Source: Chiloscyllium plagiosum (taxonomy: Eukaryota). Taken from it: 53,020 bases of DNA. Below are positions 13,791-27,021 of this stretch, one piece after another. The position numbers were made by a program, and so were the translations under genes. Each line of letters opens with the position of its first letter. The first letter of the stretch is position 1. The DNA is taken from NCBI RefSeq assembly GCF_004010195.1, contig NC_057756.1:7670473-7723492 (forward strand), read 5' to 3'. The notes beneath the pieces are model-generated. The model did not search any database and was not told the DNA's origin. It saw only the letters and a program-made list of their open reading frames with translations.

Positions 13791-14104
13791 CCAACTATAG
13801 CCATTGACACCTCAACTCTCCCATTCACCAACAAAGCTACACCTCAATATTTTTAACAACAAAGATTTTATTACATGTCAAAGTACAACAGAGAAGACAG
13901 AGCAAAATTGTACGTTGGTACTGAATGTTACTCTCATTTATAGCCAAGAGTTTGAGATTCCTGACACCAGCTGACTAATCCGGTTGCATTAGTACTCAGC
14001 CACCATCTTTGGTCTGTGCTGTGACAGAGGAATGGTGTAGGGTTGAGTGGCGTGAAAACAATGGGTGGAATTGTATTCATATTTTATGTATCATTCCATG
14101 GTCT

Positions 14105-14340
14105 ATTGAGATGAGGAGAAATTTCTTCAGTGGTGATCCTGTGAAATTCTCTGCTGCAGAAAGCAGTTGAGGCCAAAATACTGAATGTTTTCATGGAGTT
14201 AAATCTCGTTCTTAGGACTAAATCGATTAAAAAGTCAGAGGAGAAAGCAGTCATAGGACAATGAATGGGATGACCAACATGATCATATCGAATGGTGGAA
14301 CAGGCATGAAGGGCCTGCTACTAATTTTCACATTTCTTTA
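14105..14340 (+). mobile_element. CR1 3' end fragment
   Basis: gagatgaggagaaatttcttc...gaaattctctgc..cagaaagcagttgaggcc. Confidence 0.7.
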
Positions 14341-15639
14341 TTTGCTTTACTCAAATTGATCAGAACCTTGACAGATGAGTAAAGGTGTCTGTTGTGAACT
14401 GAAAATGCATGAGGAATCAACGAAAGTGAAAGAACCACCTGTCTTCCTAGTGTGTCCGAATTTACACTACTATTAATCTCACTATTACTGAGAATATAAT
14501 TACTGATGTTCTTATGTTTCGTCTTACCTTACTGATAGTCTTCACATATTATTGCTATGATGATTTGATAGTCCAGTGGATATTGTTTTCTGGCATATGT
14601 AATGAAAGAAGTAGGTTTAGTCTTGCACATTAGAGTTTGACATTGAAATTGCTTTAGGCCTTGTATACTCATTATCCTACTTAGTAATTTTCATTGCATT
14701 GGCGTTTGAGTCAACATAGCCCCAGATGTTCGCTCATTCATGAGAGACAGATACTGTTTCTAGAAAAAACTGAGGGCCACCTTAATTAAAGTGAAGGGAG
14801 ATTTTGAGAAGGAGAGTCATTCATGGCACCTTCAGGGTGTTGTGGACATTGAACTGATGCTGTGGCAATTACTTAGTGTCTCAAACGAGCTGCCCAGCCA
14901 AAAGCTAACCAAATCTCCAAATGCTTTACAATCCCGCTGGCTAGACAGAGTGATTCTGTTAAAAGTTTGCAGACTGAAAGCATGAACGTTGCTTGTCTCT
15001 CCACACTTCCTGTCAGACATTCTGAGGTTTATTTGTCCTGTTTTTTAAAGCTTATTTCATTGTAGGTTTCCAACATGTCCTTTACATTGCTTTCAGACAC
15101 ACAGAACATGTTCTATGTTCATGACTTTGTTTGCGATCAAAACCTATGGTAGAATAAATAAAGATGATATCAAGTTGGGGTGTTCACAATTCAGGCACTC
15201 TCAGCTAAAATTACTACAAAGGATGTAAGACCTGTTAGATAATTGCGAGAAACTAAATATCCACATTCCCTTTCACAAAAACGGCGATATTGATTCCAAC
15301 TTAGAGAATTCTGCCAGGGATTTTAATACTAAAGAAGTGTAACAATACCTGTAGGTGAATGAATGAAAGCATTTCTCACCTCTTCTGTGTACCATGCTGA
15401 ATTCGTCTGTAGGTGCACATGCTGGTGAAGCAGAACTAATGCTGAATTCTCTATTCAAAATTCCTCATGATGAAGACAGGCCTGTCCATACCTGTGTAAG
15501 GATCAACAAATTGTTGATGGTAATACACATAAGAAGTAATGGAATCCATGTAAAAATATTCAGCTATTGGGCAAAATGAAACTCTAACAAATTTATACTG
15601 CGCTTTGCTTCTTTTCTTCAGAGTGGGCACAAATGACAC

Positions 15640-16220
15640 AAACTCCGAAAGGTCTGGGGTTGAACTGTTTTAAGACCAATTTGATAATAGCTAACAGATA
15701 CTGCCTCAGGCAGGAGACTTTCAAGTTTAAAAAAGAAACTACTCCTACAGTAGAAGGGGAGTGACCAGTTCTCCCAGCTCAGCTTTTCTCTGGTTTGGTT
15801 TGGTTTTTGGCAATAATGTGGAAAAAGCTGCTGGACTCAAAGAAGCAGGTCCAGGCTGATACTATCTCTCTCTCTCTCTCTCTCTATGACGTCTCCCTGT
15901 AAGATCCTGTGTTTGATTTTACCTTTTGTGCAAATGGGGTGTTTATGGGGAATGTTGCAAATATTTGGAATAACAACATTAAGTTAGTATGATCTGTTGC
16001 ATTGTCGGGTAGGTTAAGTTAGTTCGTTTTCTGTTTTCTTTTGTTTGTGTTTCATTTGGCAATCTTGCAGACAAATTCTGATTTGTTAGAAACTTAGTGG
16101 TTTGACCAGATGATTCTCTCCTCGAATATCCAGTCTACACCTGCTTAAAGCAACAGGCAAAGTTAGGGTCCGGGCTACTTTCTTGAAATGTTTAGAGGGG
16201 GCCTGGTCTCAACATTAACA
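15640..16220 (+). mobile_element. Probable solo LTR (5' limit uncertain)
   Basis: Ends ...taaca; internal (ct)n; resembles a recalled shark interspersed LTR; no TSD identified. Confidence 0.35.
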
Positions 16221-16294
16221 GGTTTACCGACAAATATATGACTCAGACATTTGTGCAGGAGGAAAGTCATTTGCTGGACATTGCACAATGGGCA

Positions 16295-16525
16295 GCACAT
16301 ATTTAGTACTGACAGCTTGACAGTACAGCACTCCCTCAATACTGACCCTCGTATACTGCAGCATTCCCTCATAACTGACCCTTCAACATTTTGGCATTGC
16401 CTGAATAATAACCTTCTGATGTTGCAGCACTGCACAGTTCTGACATTGTGACATTGCAATACACTCTCAGTAATAATTCCCTTCAATTGCAGCACTCCCT
16501 CAGTAATGATCCCACTAACAGTGAA
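16295..16525. repeat. Degenerate 33-bp tandem repeat
   Basis: cagcactccctca.tactgaccct units, same family as 27716-28010. Confidence 0.75.
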
Positions 16526-17379
16526 ATGCTCCAAGAGTCATTGCTTCAGTGTCACTGGGTCAAAAATCTTGATATTCCATCCAAATCAGTATTGTGGGTT
16601 TAAGTGCAGCAAGTTGATGACAATGGGCTCAGGAAGGCTGCCAACGGTCATTTTCTCAAGCGCAGCTCGGAACAGTAGCTGTGTGGCCATGCATCAGCTA
16701 AACTGGATGGTTTCTGTGCCATTTGCAATCATTAAAACAGTGCAGTTTCTATTCCTAGAGCTGGATGAGATTACCATGAAAGTTATCTTTTCAGTGTTGC
16801 CCTTTCCCGACTACCTCTCAGGTTAAACCCGTTGCTCGTTACTTGTCTAGTGAGAGACTGGTCCTTTGGGACTATAGTGACTTCACTTACCAAACTCTTA
16901 TCAGAAAGCCAAGAGACATGATAAAGTAAAATCTACCTGCTAAAGACTGAAGGAGTCAAGGATTTTATACTAGAATTATTTTGTTTTATTCAGTCGAGTA
17001 ATGATCTTCGAACTAATATTCACATTCACCACACTAACCCATGTGTTTTATAACTAATCATCGCTATGTCTGTCACATTACCCTTCAATTCTGTTTTCCT
17101 TCAACACTCAAAACCCTCATTGTCTAGACATCTGAGATCATAGAAAAAAAGAAAACAAATTGCATCCCTTTTATTGAAATCGCCACTAACTCCTCATTTT
17201 AAATACATAATCCTGAGAAGGTTGACACTGGGGAGAGAATCAACTGAACAATCCACTGCTGAAAACCAGCAAGTATGGTTCTCTGATTTGCAGAGAATCA
17301 GGAACTGTGGATAGATTGGATAAGAAATAGGACAAACATAAGAAACCAAACCTCTAAAAATAGATCACTTTTTAAAACA

Positions 17380-17730
17380 TTATTCATTCACGGCTTGAAG
17401 GATTCGCCGGTCAGGCAGCATTTATTGCCAATTTCTCATTGCTCTGAGGGCAGTTGAGAGTCAACAACATTGCTGGGGGTCTGGAATCAAACATCAGCCA
17501 GACCAAGTATGGATGACAGCTTTCTTTTCTCAAGGTTGTTATTGAACCAGATGTTTCGCCAACAATCAATAACGGACTCATGCTTATCATTAAAACCTTA
17601 ATTGCAGGTTTTGTTTTTCTTCCGTATTGAATTTCAAATTCCACCATCAGCCATAGTAGGATTTAAACCGAGGTCCCCAAAACATTACCAGGGTCTCTAC
17701 ATTGACAATCCAGCAATAATACCACTGGGA
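17380..17730 (-). mobile_element. Old tRNA-headed SINE, second family
   Basis: Related copies at ~1130-1420, 2610-2910, 19860-20085; B-box-like remnant near 17660. Confidence 0.55.
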
Positions 17731-18294
17731 CATTGTCTTCCTTTAAGCTGGTTCATCGATTTCCGGTCAGTTATTGTGAACTTAATCTTTAATCAGGTGC
17801 ACCATTACAAAAACGGAGCCTATCAAATTCCTATTAATTATTCAAATTCCACTAAAAATGTCAGGCCTACAAATTAGAATACTCATTAATTAATCAGCAA
17901 TTTATATTTTGATAAGTTTTAGCTTCCTGTGTAATATTAAATAAATAATCTGCTGACCAACTTACATATATTAAGCAAACCAGAAATATTTCGATTGGGA
18001 GTGAATAACAAGCAACGTTATAATCTCTGTTAAACATAATTGTGAACAGTTTAAAGGATTTGTCAATTTTATTTAAGATTACAGCAAAATGGGTCTTAGG
18101 GTTCCACTCGCAGGAATGTTTTGCTTATCGACTATAATCAAATCTAAATATTGGTAGAGGATCTGCTGGACAACTGGGTAAAGGGAAATCCTATTTCCCT
18201 CCATAGCTTCAGACGTTTTGACAACAAGCCCGTGCTAACTTTTAGAATCAGCAACAACGTAAATCTGGGCAGGATTCCACACGAACCGGAGATA

Positions 18295-18630
18295 GATACA
18301 TAGAATTTGGAGACAGGAGCAGGCCATACACCACATTGAGCCAATTCCAACATTCATGGCTGAACATTCAACTCAATGCACTGCTCCTGCATTCTCCCCA
18401 TATCCTTTGATCCCCTTAATTCTAAGAACCATGATTGCATCTTTCCTGAAATTATTTCGTGTTTTGGCCTCAACGGTTTACTGTAGCAGAGAATTCCATA
18501 GACTTACTTCTCTCTGGGTGAAAAAAGTCACCCACATCTGAGTCGTAAATTCCTCATGCTTAGACTGGAAGTTGTGGTCTTTCACTGCCCTGTCATCAAG
18601 AACATATTTCTTCCTTCCACCCTGTCAAGA
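18295..18630 (-). mobile_element. CR1 3' end fragment
   Basis: ggagcaggcca...agagaattccatagactt...ctctgggtgaa. Confidence 0.7.
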
Positions 18631-21039
18631 ATGATAATGCCACAGTGGTGACAACAGCTTAGAAACAGAGAATTATAGCCACCCTCTCACTCTGTTTACA
18701 TTGCAGCACAGAATCAAAAGTTCAGATTAGTTATATATATATAAAAAGTCTTGCATACAATATTTTGTCACGTATTTTACCGATCTTTACTAGTGGTCTA
18801 ACAATGCCTACAAATGTCCTGTGGTTACCTGTGCACCTACTCCGACACACGAGTGGCTTTCTCACCTTTACTTGTTGACGTTGAAACCTGTTTTAAAATG
18901 TCAGTTGTAGGCAGGATTTTTTTTTCACTGTTAGCAGTTTGACGCAGATTTGGTGTTATTTTTAATTTAACCTCAAACGTTCTGTCACAGTTTCACCATG
19001 TCAACTGAAGTAAAATTAACTCATTCTAATCCTCGTGCCTGGAATGACCAGGTCAGGTTTTGAATTCCTGCTTTCACCATCAGGGCTCTTCATGATCATG
19101 CTACTAGGTTATTCATCAAAAAAACTAAGTTAATATTCTGGGCAGATGAGTTTCAGTCTCCTCATGGTGAAATTAAAATTTTTAACAAAATCTGGAATTA
19201 ATGCATGTCCTATACCAATGCCTGACCATGTAACCATTCTCTATTTACATAGAGATTTTATGGCTTCTCCGATGCATGTCAGAGAAGACGAGCTGTCATC
19301 CTAAACTGGTATGTCCACTATGTCACCACAGATACAGAGAAAAATTATTGACCGTGAACTGTCATCTGAAATGGCCAAGGAAGACAAGGGATGATGCATG
19401 CTGGAATTTATCGTGAAACACTCTCCCTTGCAAGACGGAAGAGCACTGATCTGGGGCAATAGACTTGCGCTTGTCGGTTTAATTGTCAAAGCTGTTGGAA
19501 ACAAGTCTAACGGAAACAGGTCCGTGAAAGTGATTAGAGTGAACTCAGCACTGCTTTCTGTGGACAGAGTGCAAAGTTGGTGATCGAGATAGAGTTTGCA
19601 GGTAGCTGAGTTTTAGTTTTGTGCAGGGGATGACATTGATTGCTAACCTGCCGATTACTCTGCAATATCCCTGTTATAATTAATTGCTTTAAAAAGTTCT
19701 GGTATGGCAGATCAGCTTGGCCACGTGGCAGCTATATCCTGCAAAATGTATGGATCAACGGATGCAACATATGTTCTACCTGTATGGAAGCAGAGTTGAA
19801 ATGGATGACCACCCATCCTTCTAAGAGACAAATTGGATTTTTTTTGTAAAAATGTCTGGAAAGAAGAGTTTAATTATGATGGTGAGACCACGATTGATTA
19901 TCAGGTAAACACATACTTGGACTCACTAATATCTTGTAGGGAAGGAGCGCTGCAGTTCTTACCTGGTGTGGGCTAAATATGACTCCAGATTCACAGAATG
20001 ATGGTTGACTTGTAATTGCTGTTTGGGTAGTAAGGGTTGGGCAATGATGACGGCCTGGCCAGCGACACACACATCCTGTGAATAAATATAATAAAGGGTA
20101 TGTCACAATGTCTAATAGTGTCTAATTGAACTCTCATTTTAAATATTGGTGAGGGCAATGCTTCCATTGAGCGCCATCTATCACACGTTTTCACATTCTA
20201 GTCTATCAATATGCTTTTGTAATTTTATGCTATCATCTACAGCGTTCACAAGGCCACCTAATCTTTTGTAAATAGCATGTTTGGAATTGTGACTAGCCGA
20301 GGCCCTCACACGGATTTTTGTGGGACACCAGCCACGTTCTGTCAATTAGAGTACCTACCTGTCACTTGTCACTAACTAATGTCCCAATATCAAAGAATGT
20401 GGGAAATAAATTTCGAAGGTTGGCAAAACAGAAGAGAACATCAGTTAAGAATGCAATAAAGAATAGTATTAATAAAAAGTATCTGGGACACTCAACACAT
20501 CCGGATGCAGTTTACACAATCCAGCAAATATATTTCAGCGTGCATGTGCCTGTTTGAAGCAGGCATTGACAGATTTGTTCATGCCAATGACGGAAAAGAC
20601 TTTGGGAAAATTTTGGGAAAGTTACTTTAAGTAGGATGATCAGATTGGAGCACATTGAATAGAGAGTGTGCTGAGCGCCTGGCTGTTGATTCAATCATCG
20701 TGTGTTTCCAGGAACAAATCCTATTTTCAGACACAAGCCAATTTCAAATCGGCTGCATTGTCAGTTCGATAAATATAAAAGAAGGAAGTACTTACAGAAA
20801 TAAAACTGAATGGGAATCTTGGGAATTTACATGATGTTCAGAGAGAATTTACATGATGTTCAGTATCATGGGGTGTGTGGGGAGAACAAATAGAGTGAGT
20901 CACCTCCCATTGTTTAAAGGAAGGAGAATCAGAGGAGGCAGGTTTAGAAACATTGGGAATCCTGGAATATGGGAACAGGAGGCGGCTATTCATGCTTAAG
21001 AGCTTGCTCCAACTTTCAAGATGAACATGGCTGCTCATT

Positions 21040-21400
21040 CAAATCAGTTCTGGTTTCCAGTTTATCTCTGATGCCCTTTGATCCTTTATACCTAAGAACT
21101 CTATCATATCTTCAATATTTTGTCCCCAGTTCCTTTCTGTGACAGAGAATTCTACGGGTTCACCACACTTTAGGTGAAGAAATCTCTTCTCATCCCAGTC
21201 CCAAAGGCCTACCCCGTATCCTTAGATGCCCTGATTCTGGAGTATCTAGTCATTGGGAATATCCTTTCTGCATTTACACTGTCCAGCCCTTTTAGAATTG
21301 GACAGATTTGTATTAGATCCATTCCACATTCTTCTACTCGCCAGTGAATACTGTGGTAACTGAATCATTTCCTGTTCCTATCTGAGTCCTGAAACTATGG
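21040..21400 (-). mobile_element. CR1 3' fragment
   Basis: agagaattctacgggttcaccacact..ggtgaagaaat, same family as 33860-34200. Confidence 0.65.
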
Positions 21401-22034
21401 GGAAAGTGGCAGAGCCAGGCTACAGAGAAACATCTTCAGGCACATTGCATTTTGGATGCGAAATGTGACATCTGAGAGCTTGATGAAGGCTGATGCAATC
21501 GATTCACTGAAGTTAAACAAGACTGTTAATTGAATGCAGAGGGGAGTGGAGAGAAAGAGGATGAGGAATTTCACGGCCTGCTGGTGGTGAACCAACGGGA
21601 AATGTGTAAGAATCAACAGGAGGACAGAGAGAGGCGGTGATATCAATATTTTGGGAAGCAAAATACAACAAATGGAGGATCTAAATCAGTGCCCAGTGGT
21701 GAGACAGTGAGGATCATGAAATAACGTTGCTTCATTGCACTATCAGTGAACAGTCTATTCCTTAGTTAATTGTTCAAAGTGAAGCACACTTTGTAAAAGT
21801 TACATGCCCCTTATGTGCTTCAAGTCCGCCTGAGTTGCACATGGGAATTGCCTCACATCTTCAACTCTCATATTACACCTCTCACTGTGCGCTTCATTCT
21901 GGCCTTTGGACTTTACAAATCGAAAAATGTATTTTTCTTCTTCAGTTCTTCCTGTGAGAGAGAGGAAATGTAATGTCAGCCATCGTTTCAGCAACGGGAG
22001 AGGAAATGTGATGCCTGGTATTAAAACAACGGTA

Positions 22035-22335
22035 TTAGATTACCTACAGTATGGAAACAGGTCCTTTTCCCCAACAAGTCCACACTGACCCTCCAAAGTG
22101 TAACTCACCCAGCCCCATTCCCTATATTTACCCCTGACTGACGCACTTAACCTGATGCGCAATTTCCCATGGCCAATTCACCTGTCCTGCACATCTTTCG
22201 ATTGTGAAACGAAACCCAAAAAGAAACGAGGAAATTATGCAAAGTCAGAGCAGACAGGCAGCCGAGGCGTGAACTGAACCCTGGACCCTGGTACTGGGAG
22301 GCAGCAGTGCTAACCACTGAGATACTGGGCTGCCC
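22035..22335 (-). mobile_element. HE1-type SINE
   Basis: attagatta tail and ggcagcagtgctaaccactg head. Confidence 0.8.
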
Positions 22336-22537
22336 TGATTCACTGATCCGTCCAGCGTGGATCACAGTTAATTTGAGTGCCTTGTTCGGTTGTTTCCGAA
22401 ACCTGCTCAGAGTCAGTCACAAAGCTGTAGGTCTGGGGTGACCTGTAGGTCTGAACTTAACTGGCTGTGGTTTTCCCAATTAACCATTAAACAAATGATA
22501 GTGACAAAAGAAGAAAAATAATACTCATTGTTTCATG

Positions 22538-24184
22538 ACACAACACCAGGTTATAGTTCAACAGGTTTATTTGGAAGCACTAGCTTTTGGAGCGCTGCTC
22601 CTTCATCAGGTGGTTGTGGAGAATAAATTGTAAGACACAGAATCTATAGCAAAGTTTTACAGTGTGATGTAACTGAAATTATATGTTGAAAAAGACCCAT
22701 TTTTAAAGTCTCTCATCTTTTAGAATGACCATGTAGGTTTCAGTGCTTTCATATGTAAATTGCAATTTTTTTTAAAGTTACATTCTCAAATGCACTTTAA
22801 CAACTGGTCTCATGTCGGCCAAAAGAAGGTATTGAAGGTGTAAACTCCCTGCGAGGCTGTCTGTGCTGCAATGCTCAGAGCCGAAAAACTACTACGCCAT
22901 GTTCTTTGCAGCCTGCAACACATTATCAATGAGGATGAGCACCTCGCCAAGATTTCCCCATATCTCCACTGCTCGCCTTTAAACAGATCATTGTTCATAG
23001 CAAATTACCCAGCATTCAGGACAATACCATACAACCTTGTCACGGTAGACCCTGCAAGACATGTCAGAATGTTCACACGGATACCACCATTACACGTGGG
23101 GACATCTCCCACCATAAAAGTGGCAGGTACTCATGCGACTCAGCCAACATTGTCTATCTCATACGCTGCAGGCAAGGATGCCCTGAGGCATGGTATATTG
23201 GCAAGAAAAAACAGAGGTGACAGCAATGGATGAATAGACACAGTAGAACAATCAACATACAGGAGTGCTCCCCCCCCCCCCCCCCCCAACATTGGGAGAA
23301 CGCTTCAGAGGTCTGGGACATTTGATCTCAGACCTTTGGGTGACCATCCTCCAAGGCGGAATTTGGGACAAGGAACAACGAAAAGTGGTCGTTCGGTACC
23401 CATGTGGAATGCCCTGAACAATGACCTTGGGTTCACGTCACACTAGGTGACCTCATTGTACTATATACGCACACAAACAGATGGATAAACAGACAGAGAG
23501 ATAGACAGACAGACAGACACATACACACACTACGACCCTCTCACAGACTTAAAGGCCTTCATACTCACACTCACACACATACACATACCCTCTCACTGAC
23601 ACTCACAACACCCCAACCACCCTATCCCTACCCTCCCCCCTTCCCCGTCCCGACACACACACACACCCACCCACATGCACACGTACGCATAAAAGTTTAT
23701 AGGGTGAATTTGTACTTGCAGAATTACATTTCACTTTGCTCAAAAATTGCATGAATCCATGTAAGATTCTGCAAATCCGTTTTTTAAGATTAGAATCAGT
23801 CTGACCATTGTGCCACAGACAGCCTCACAGTGAGTTAACACCTTCAATACCTTATCAGGGCAGACAGGACACCAATTGTTAACGTGCACTTGAGAATGTA
23901 ACTTTTAAAAAAGGTTTTGCGATGTACATATGAAAGAACTGAAACCAACATGATCAGTCAAAAGATGAGAGACTTACCAAACAGTCCGGGTCTATTTCAA
24001 TATATAATTTCAGTTACATCACACTGTAAACTTTTGCTATAAATTCTGTGTCCTACGATATTAAACTCTGATGAAGGAGCAGCACTCCAGTAGCTAGTGC
24101 TTCCAAATAAACCTGTTGGATTGTAATCTGTTGTGGTATGATTTTTAACTTTGTACACCCCAGTCTAACAAAGGCATCTCCAAA
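22538..24184 (+). mobile_element. 5'-truncated Penelope-like element with inverted terminal arms and GIY-YIG endonuclease remnant
   Basis: GRYSCDSANIVYLIRCRQGCPEAWYIG (~23122-23202); arms ~22538-22875 and 23805-24145 are reverse complements; 13-bp TSD tcattgtttcatg (22525-22537, 24185-24197). Confidence 0.88.
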
Positions 24185-24493
24185 TCATTGTTTCATGTTC
24201 CCAGATGCTAGCTTTCAATTCCAGCATGTTTTCAAATCCAATTTCGAACCGCTGCCTTAGTGAGGATTGATCACATCTCCTGAGAACACTGACTTATGAT
24301 CACACATTCCAATAGCGACTCACCCAGCATTTCAGTAAGCATTGACCTTGGGCAGTGCCAATCACATCAGATAGAAATATCTACAAGATCCCTCAATTAC
24401 CTTTCATTTCCCCTTACTGTTGATTTTGTGGACCGTTCCCCGCTGGCATCAGGCAAATTTTTCTCAATGGAATAAAAAAAACAATCAATTTAT

Positions 24494-24652
24494 GGGCGGC
24501 ACGGTGGCACAGTGGTTAGCACTGCTGCCTCACAGCGCCAGAGACCCGGGNNNNNNNNNNNNNNNNNNNNNNNNNNNNNNNNNNNNNNNNNNNTCGGTGT
24601 GGACTTGTTGGGCCGAAGGGCCTGTTTCCACACTGTAAGTAATCTAATCTAA
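24494..24652 (+). mobile_element. Young HE1-type SINE spanning a gap
   Basis: Perfect tRNA-like head and taatctaatctaa tail. Confidence 0.88.
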
Positions 24653-24909
24653 TACTTCCAGCTCGAGTGCTGAAATTGAAAACCAGTAGTCACAACAGGG
24701 TGATTGCAGTAGCTCGGATCAGGATCAGTTGAGCTGACCCAGGTTCTAAGGTGAAACAGAAACTGTGAAGACTGAATGTCATATCTAAATATAAAAGATA
24801 ACCGGGTTAAACTGTTTACTGAAGAAAATGCATCTCTGTACCACTGGCATTTGAACTACAGGCTTCTGCCTGGACAGCTGAAGGTGTGAAAACCACGTTT
24901 CTGCATCAT

Positions 24910-25095
24910 GAGAAACCGCACAGAACATTTATAACGCACTGACAGGCAAGCAGATAAAATGGGGCGGGAAATCTGAGGCTGATAAACTTTTCGGTCAGGT
25001 TATTTTTGGTACCTGAATCTGAACTTCACTTCCTCCCCTCTGACTGTATAACTGATAATAGGAAAGGGGCAATTTGCTGAGACTTTATCTCTGCT
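24910..25095 (+). promoter_or_regulatory. Putative haematopoietic-type promoter of the Siglec-like gene
   Basis: Clustered RUNX ACCGCA (24915), GATA sites (24952, 24980, 25053, 25085), GC box (24961) and ETS/PU.1 CACTTCCTC (25027), 270-450 bp upstream of the ATG; motif reading only. Confidence 0.4.
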
Positions 25096-25365
25096 TTGAT
25101 GTGATATCCTGTTAAGTTATATATCCTTACTCCCAGCATCATATTCTATCTTCTTGGAAGGATTAGCAGCAACCCTGGTTTCTAAACGTAATCGAGCTAT
25201 CGGAGGGAACATAGTCCCATTCGCCCAATGCGCCCAGCAACTGATCCTCCCATATTCTGATTCGACTATAATCGATAAGTGATATATCACCAGAGAGGAG
25301 AATCTTTCTGAACTACGGTTCAACTTCAATCAGTCGAAGATAATAGTTCACCGTCTACTGCAGTG

Positions 25366-25411
25366 ATGCAGATTGTAGTGTTCCTTTCTCTCATCCTGTT
25401 ACTTGACAAAG
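25366..25411 (+). CDS. Signal-peptide exon of Siglec-like Ig-superfamily gene: MQIVVFLSLILLLDK
   Basis: ATG, hydrophobic core, phase-1 G|gtacaa donor that joins in frame to the V exon (…DK-A-VHS). Confidence 0.8.
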
Positions 25412-25799
25412 GTACAATAGTATCTTTCAGAATGGGTGGATTTGGCATAACATGTTAATTTCTGAAACAGTTTTATCGTGTGGGTGGAATATTATATGGG
25501 TAGACAATATAAATATACATAATTCGATGAGGAAAAAATGTATATGACCTTCATCCTGGTGTTCATTGGCATTTATTATTCCCTAGTATGCATTTGAATT
25601 TTTCAAATTAAACTTGCATTCTAGTTTGCAGATTATCAATGATAATTTGATGGTTATATTGTTGTTAATGATATCTATATCATAGTGGATGTTTGAATAT
25701 TGAGTTCACAGTACTCATTTGACGTTGAATTAATGGAATAAGTTGTTTTGGTTCTCGTTACAGAGTTCACTGGAAGTCTAACTCATTTTTCTTATTCAG

Positions 25800-26180
25800 C
25801 TGTCCACAGTTCACGATGGTCTTTGAAGCTTCCTTGGAATGTGTATGCAGTGATCAGGTCAAGTGCAGAAATCCCGTGTATGTTTGATTATCCTGATGGT
25901 GGCAGAACTCCACAAATACTGTGGTTAAAGGGAGGTTCCAAACAAGGAACCCGAGGGGTTAGCGTTATCTACAGTACTGAAGATCCAACCAATATTAACC
26001 CTGAATATGAATGCAGAACAGAACTGAAGGGGAACCTGACAATGAAACAATGTTCATTAATAATAAAACACATTAAGGAGAAAGATGAAGGAGAGTATTA
26101 CATCAGGGTGAAGATTACAAATAATGGGACTGCATTAGATGCTTACTCTAACAATATTCCTGTCTCTCTCTCTGTACTAG
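25800..26180 (+). CDS. V-set Ig domain exon, Siglec-like (CD22/MAG/sialoadhesin/Siglec-15 type)
   Basis: Polypyrimidine+cag acceptor, G|gtaggt donor, phase 1-1; RWSLKLP..IPCMFDYP..W..RTELKGN..CSLIIKHI..DEGEYYIRV; B- and E-strand Cys and F-strand Arg as in Siglecs. Confidence 0.85.
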
Positions 26181-27021
26181 GTAGGTTTGATTTTCATTTC
26201 CAGCTTGTACAATGCATTGTTGTACCCTTGCATATTATGTGGTCATTGCTGACTACAGCAACATTAGTTGAATATTCATAATTTCTCTGTCAAAAAGGGA
26301 GCACGCTGCTTCCTGACCGTGACAGCTCCTGGATCTCAGTGTATCCAGAGTGAAGTTAGGGAGGGGTTATTAATACCTTGAGCCAGTGCCTTTGATTCAT
26401 TGGCAATCTCCCTCTGGGTGGTGAGTACGTTCGAAGGAAACTTATAGTTGCTGATGTCTCCATATATCTGTCACTCCTTCACAATACTTGAGGTCATAGG
26501 TTGGGAGCCAATGTTCCAGTGTTGATCCTTGTGGCACACGTCTGGTTACAGACCTCCATTCCAAAAAATAACCCTCCACCACTATTGTCTGTCTCCTACC
26601 TTCAAACCAATTCTGTATCAGCTGAAGAAAAATCTCTGGAGGGAGACCTTGAGCATTGACTAGATTATTACACGATGCATCATGGGGGACCCGCCGTGCT
26701 AACAGTGGCTCTGTAGAACTCTGAAGTACAGCAGAAAGTTACAAGCTTTTACAGGAAACAAGACCTGGGCAAGTCACAGGCTAACCATTAATTACAAGTT
26801 AATCAGGGTCTCTGGGTCAGCCCCACTTGATGCTGCACATTCCTCAAGTGCACAGGATTGAGAGTTATTACCTAACAGGCTGTTAACAGAGATCCTCAAT
26901 GAGAGGAACAACACACATTGGCATTACATTGTAAACTAATTAATGGGGCTGAGCACCTTAAGCAACTGAGCGACATGCTCCAGCAATACATCACAATGGG
27001 GAAACATTGAGCAGGCAACTT

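Noticed and set aside
22538-24184. DNA transposon with long TIRs
   Set aside because: Interior encodes a GIY-YIG remnant, arms carry hammerhead motifs and TSD length varies between copies, all pointing to a Penelope-like retroelement.
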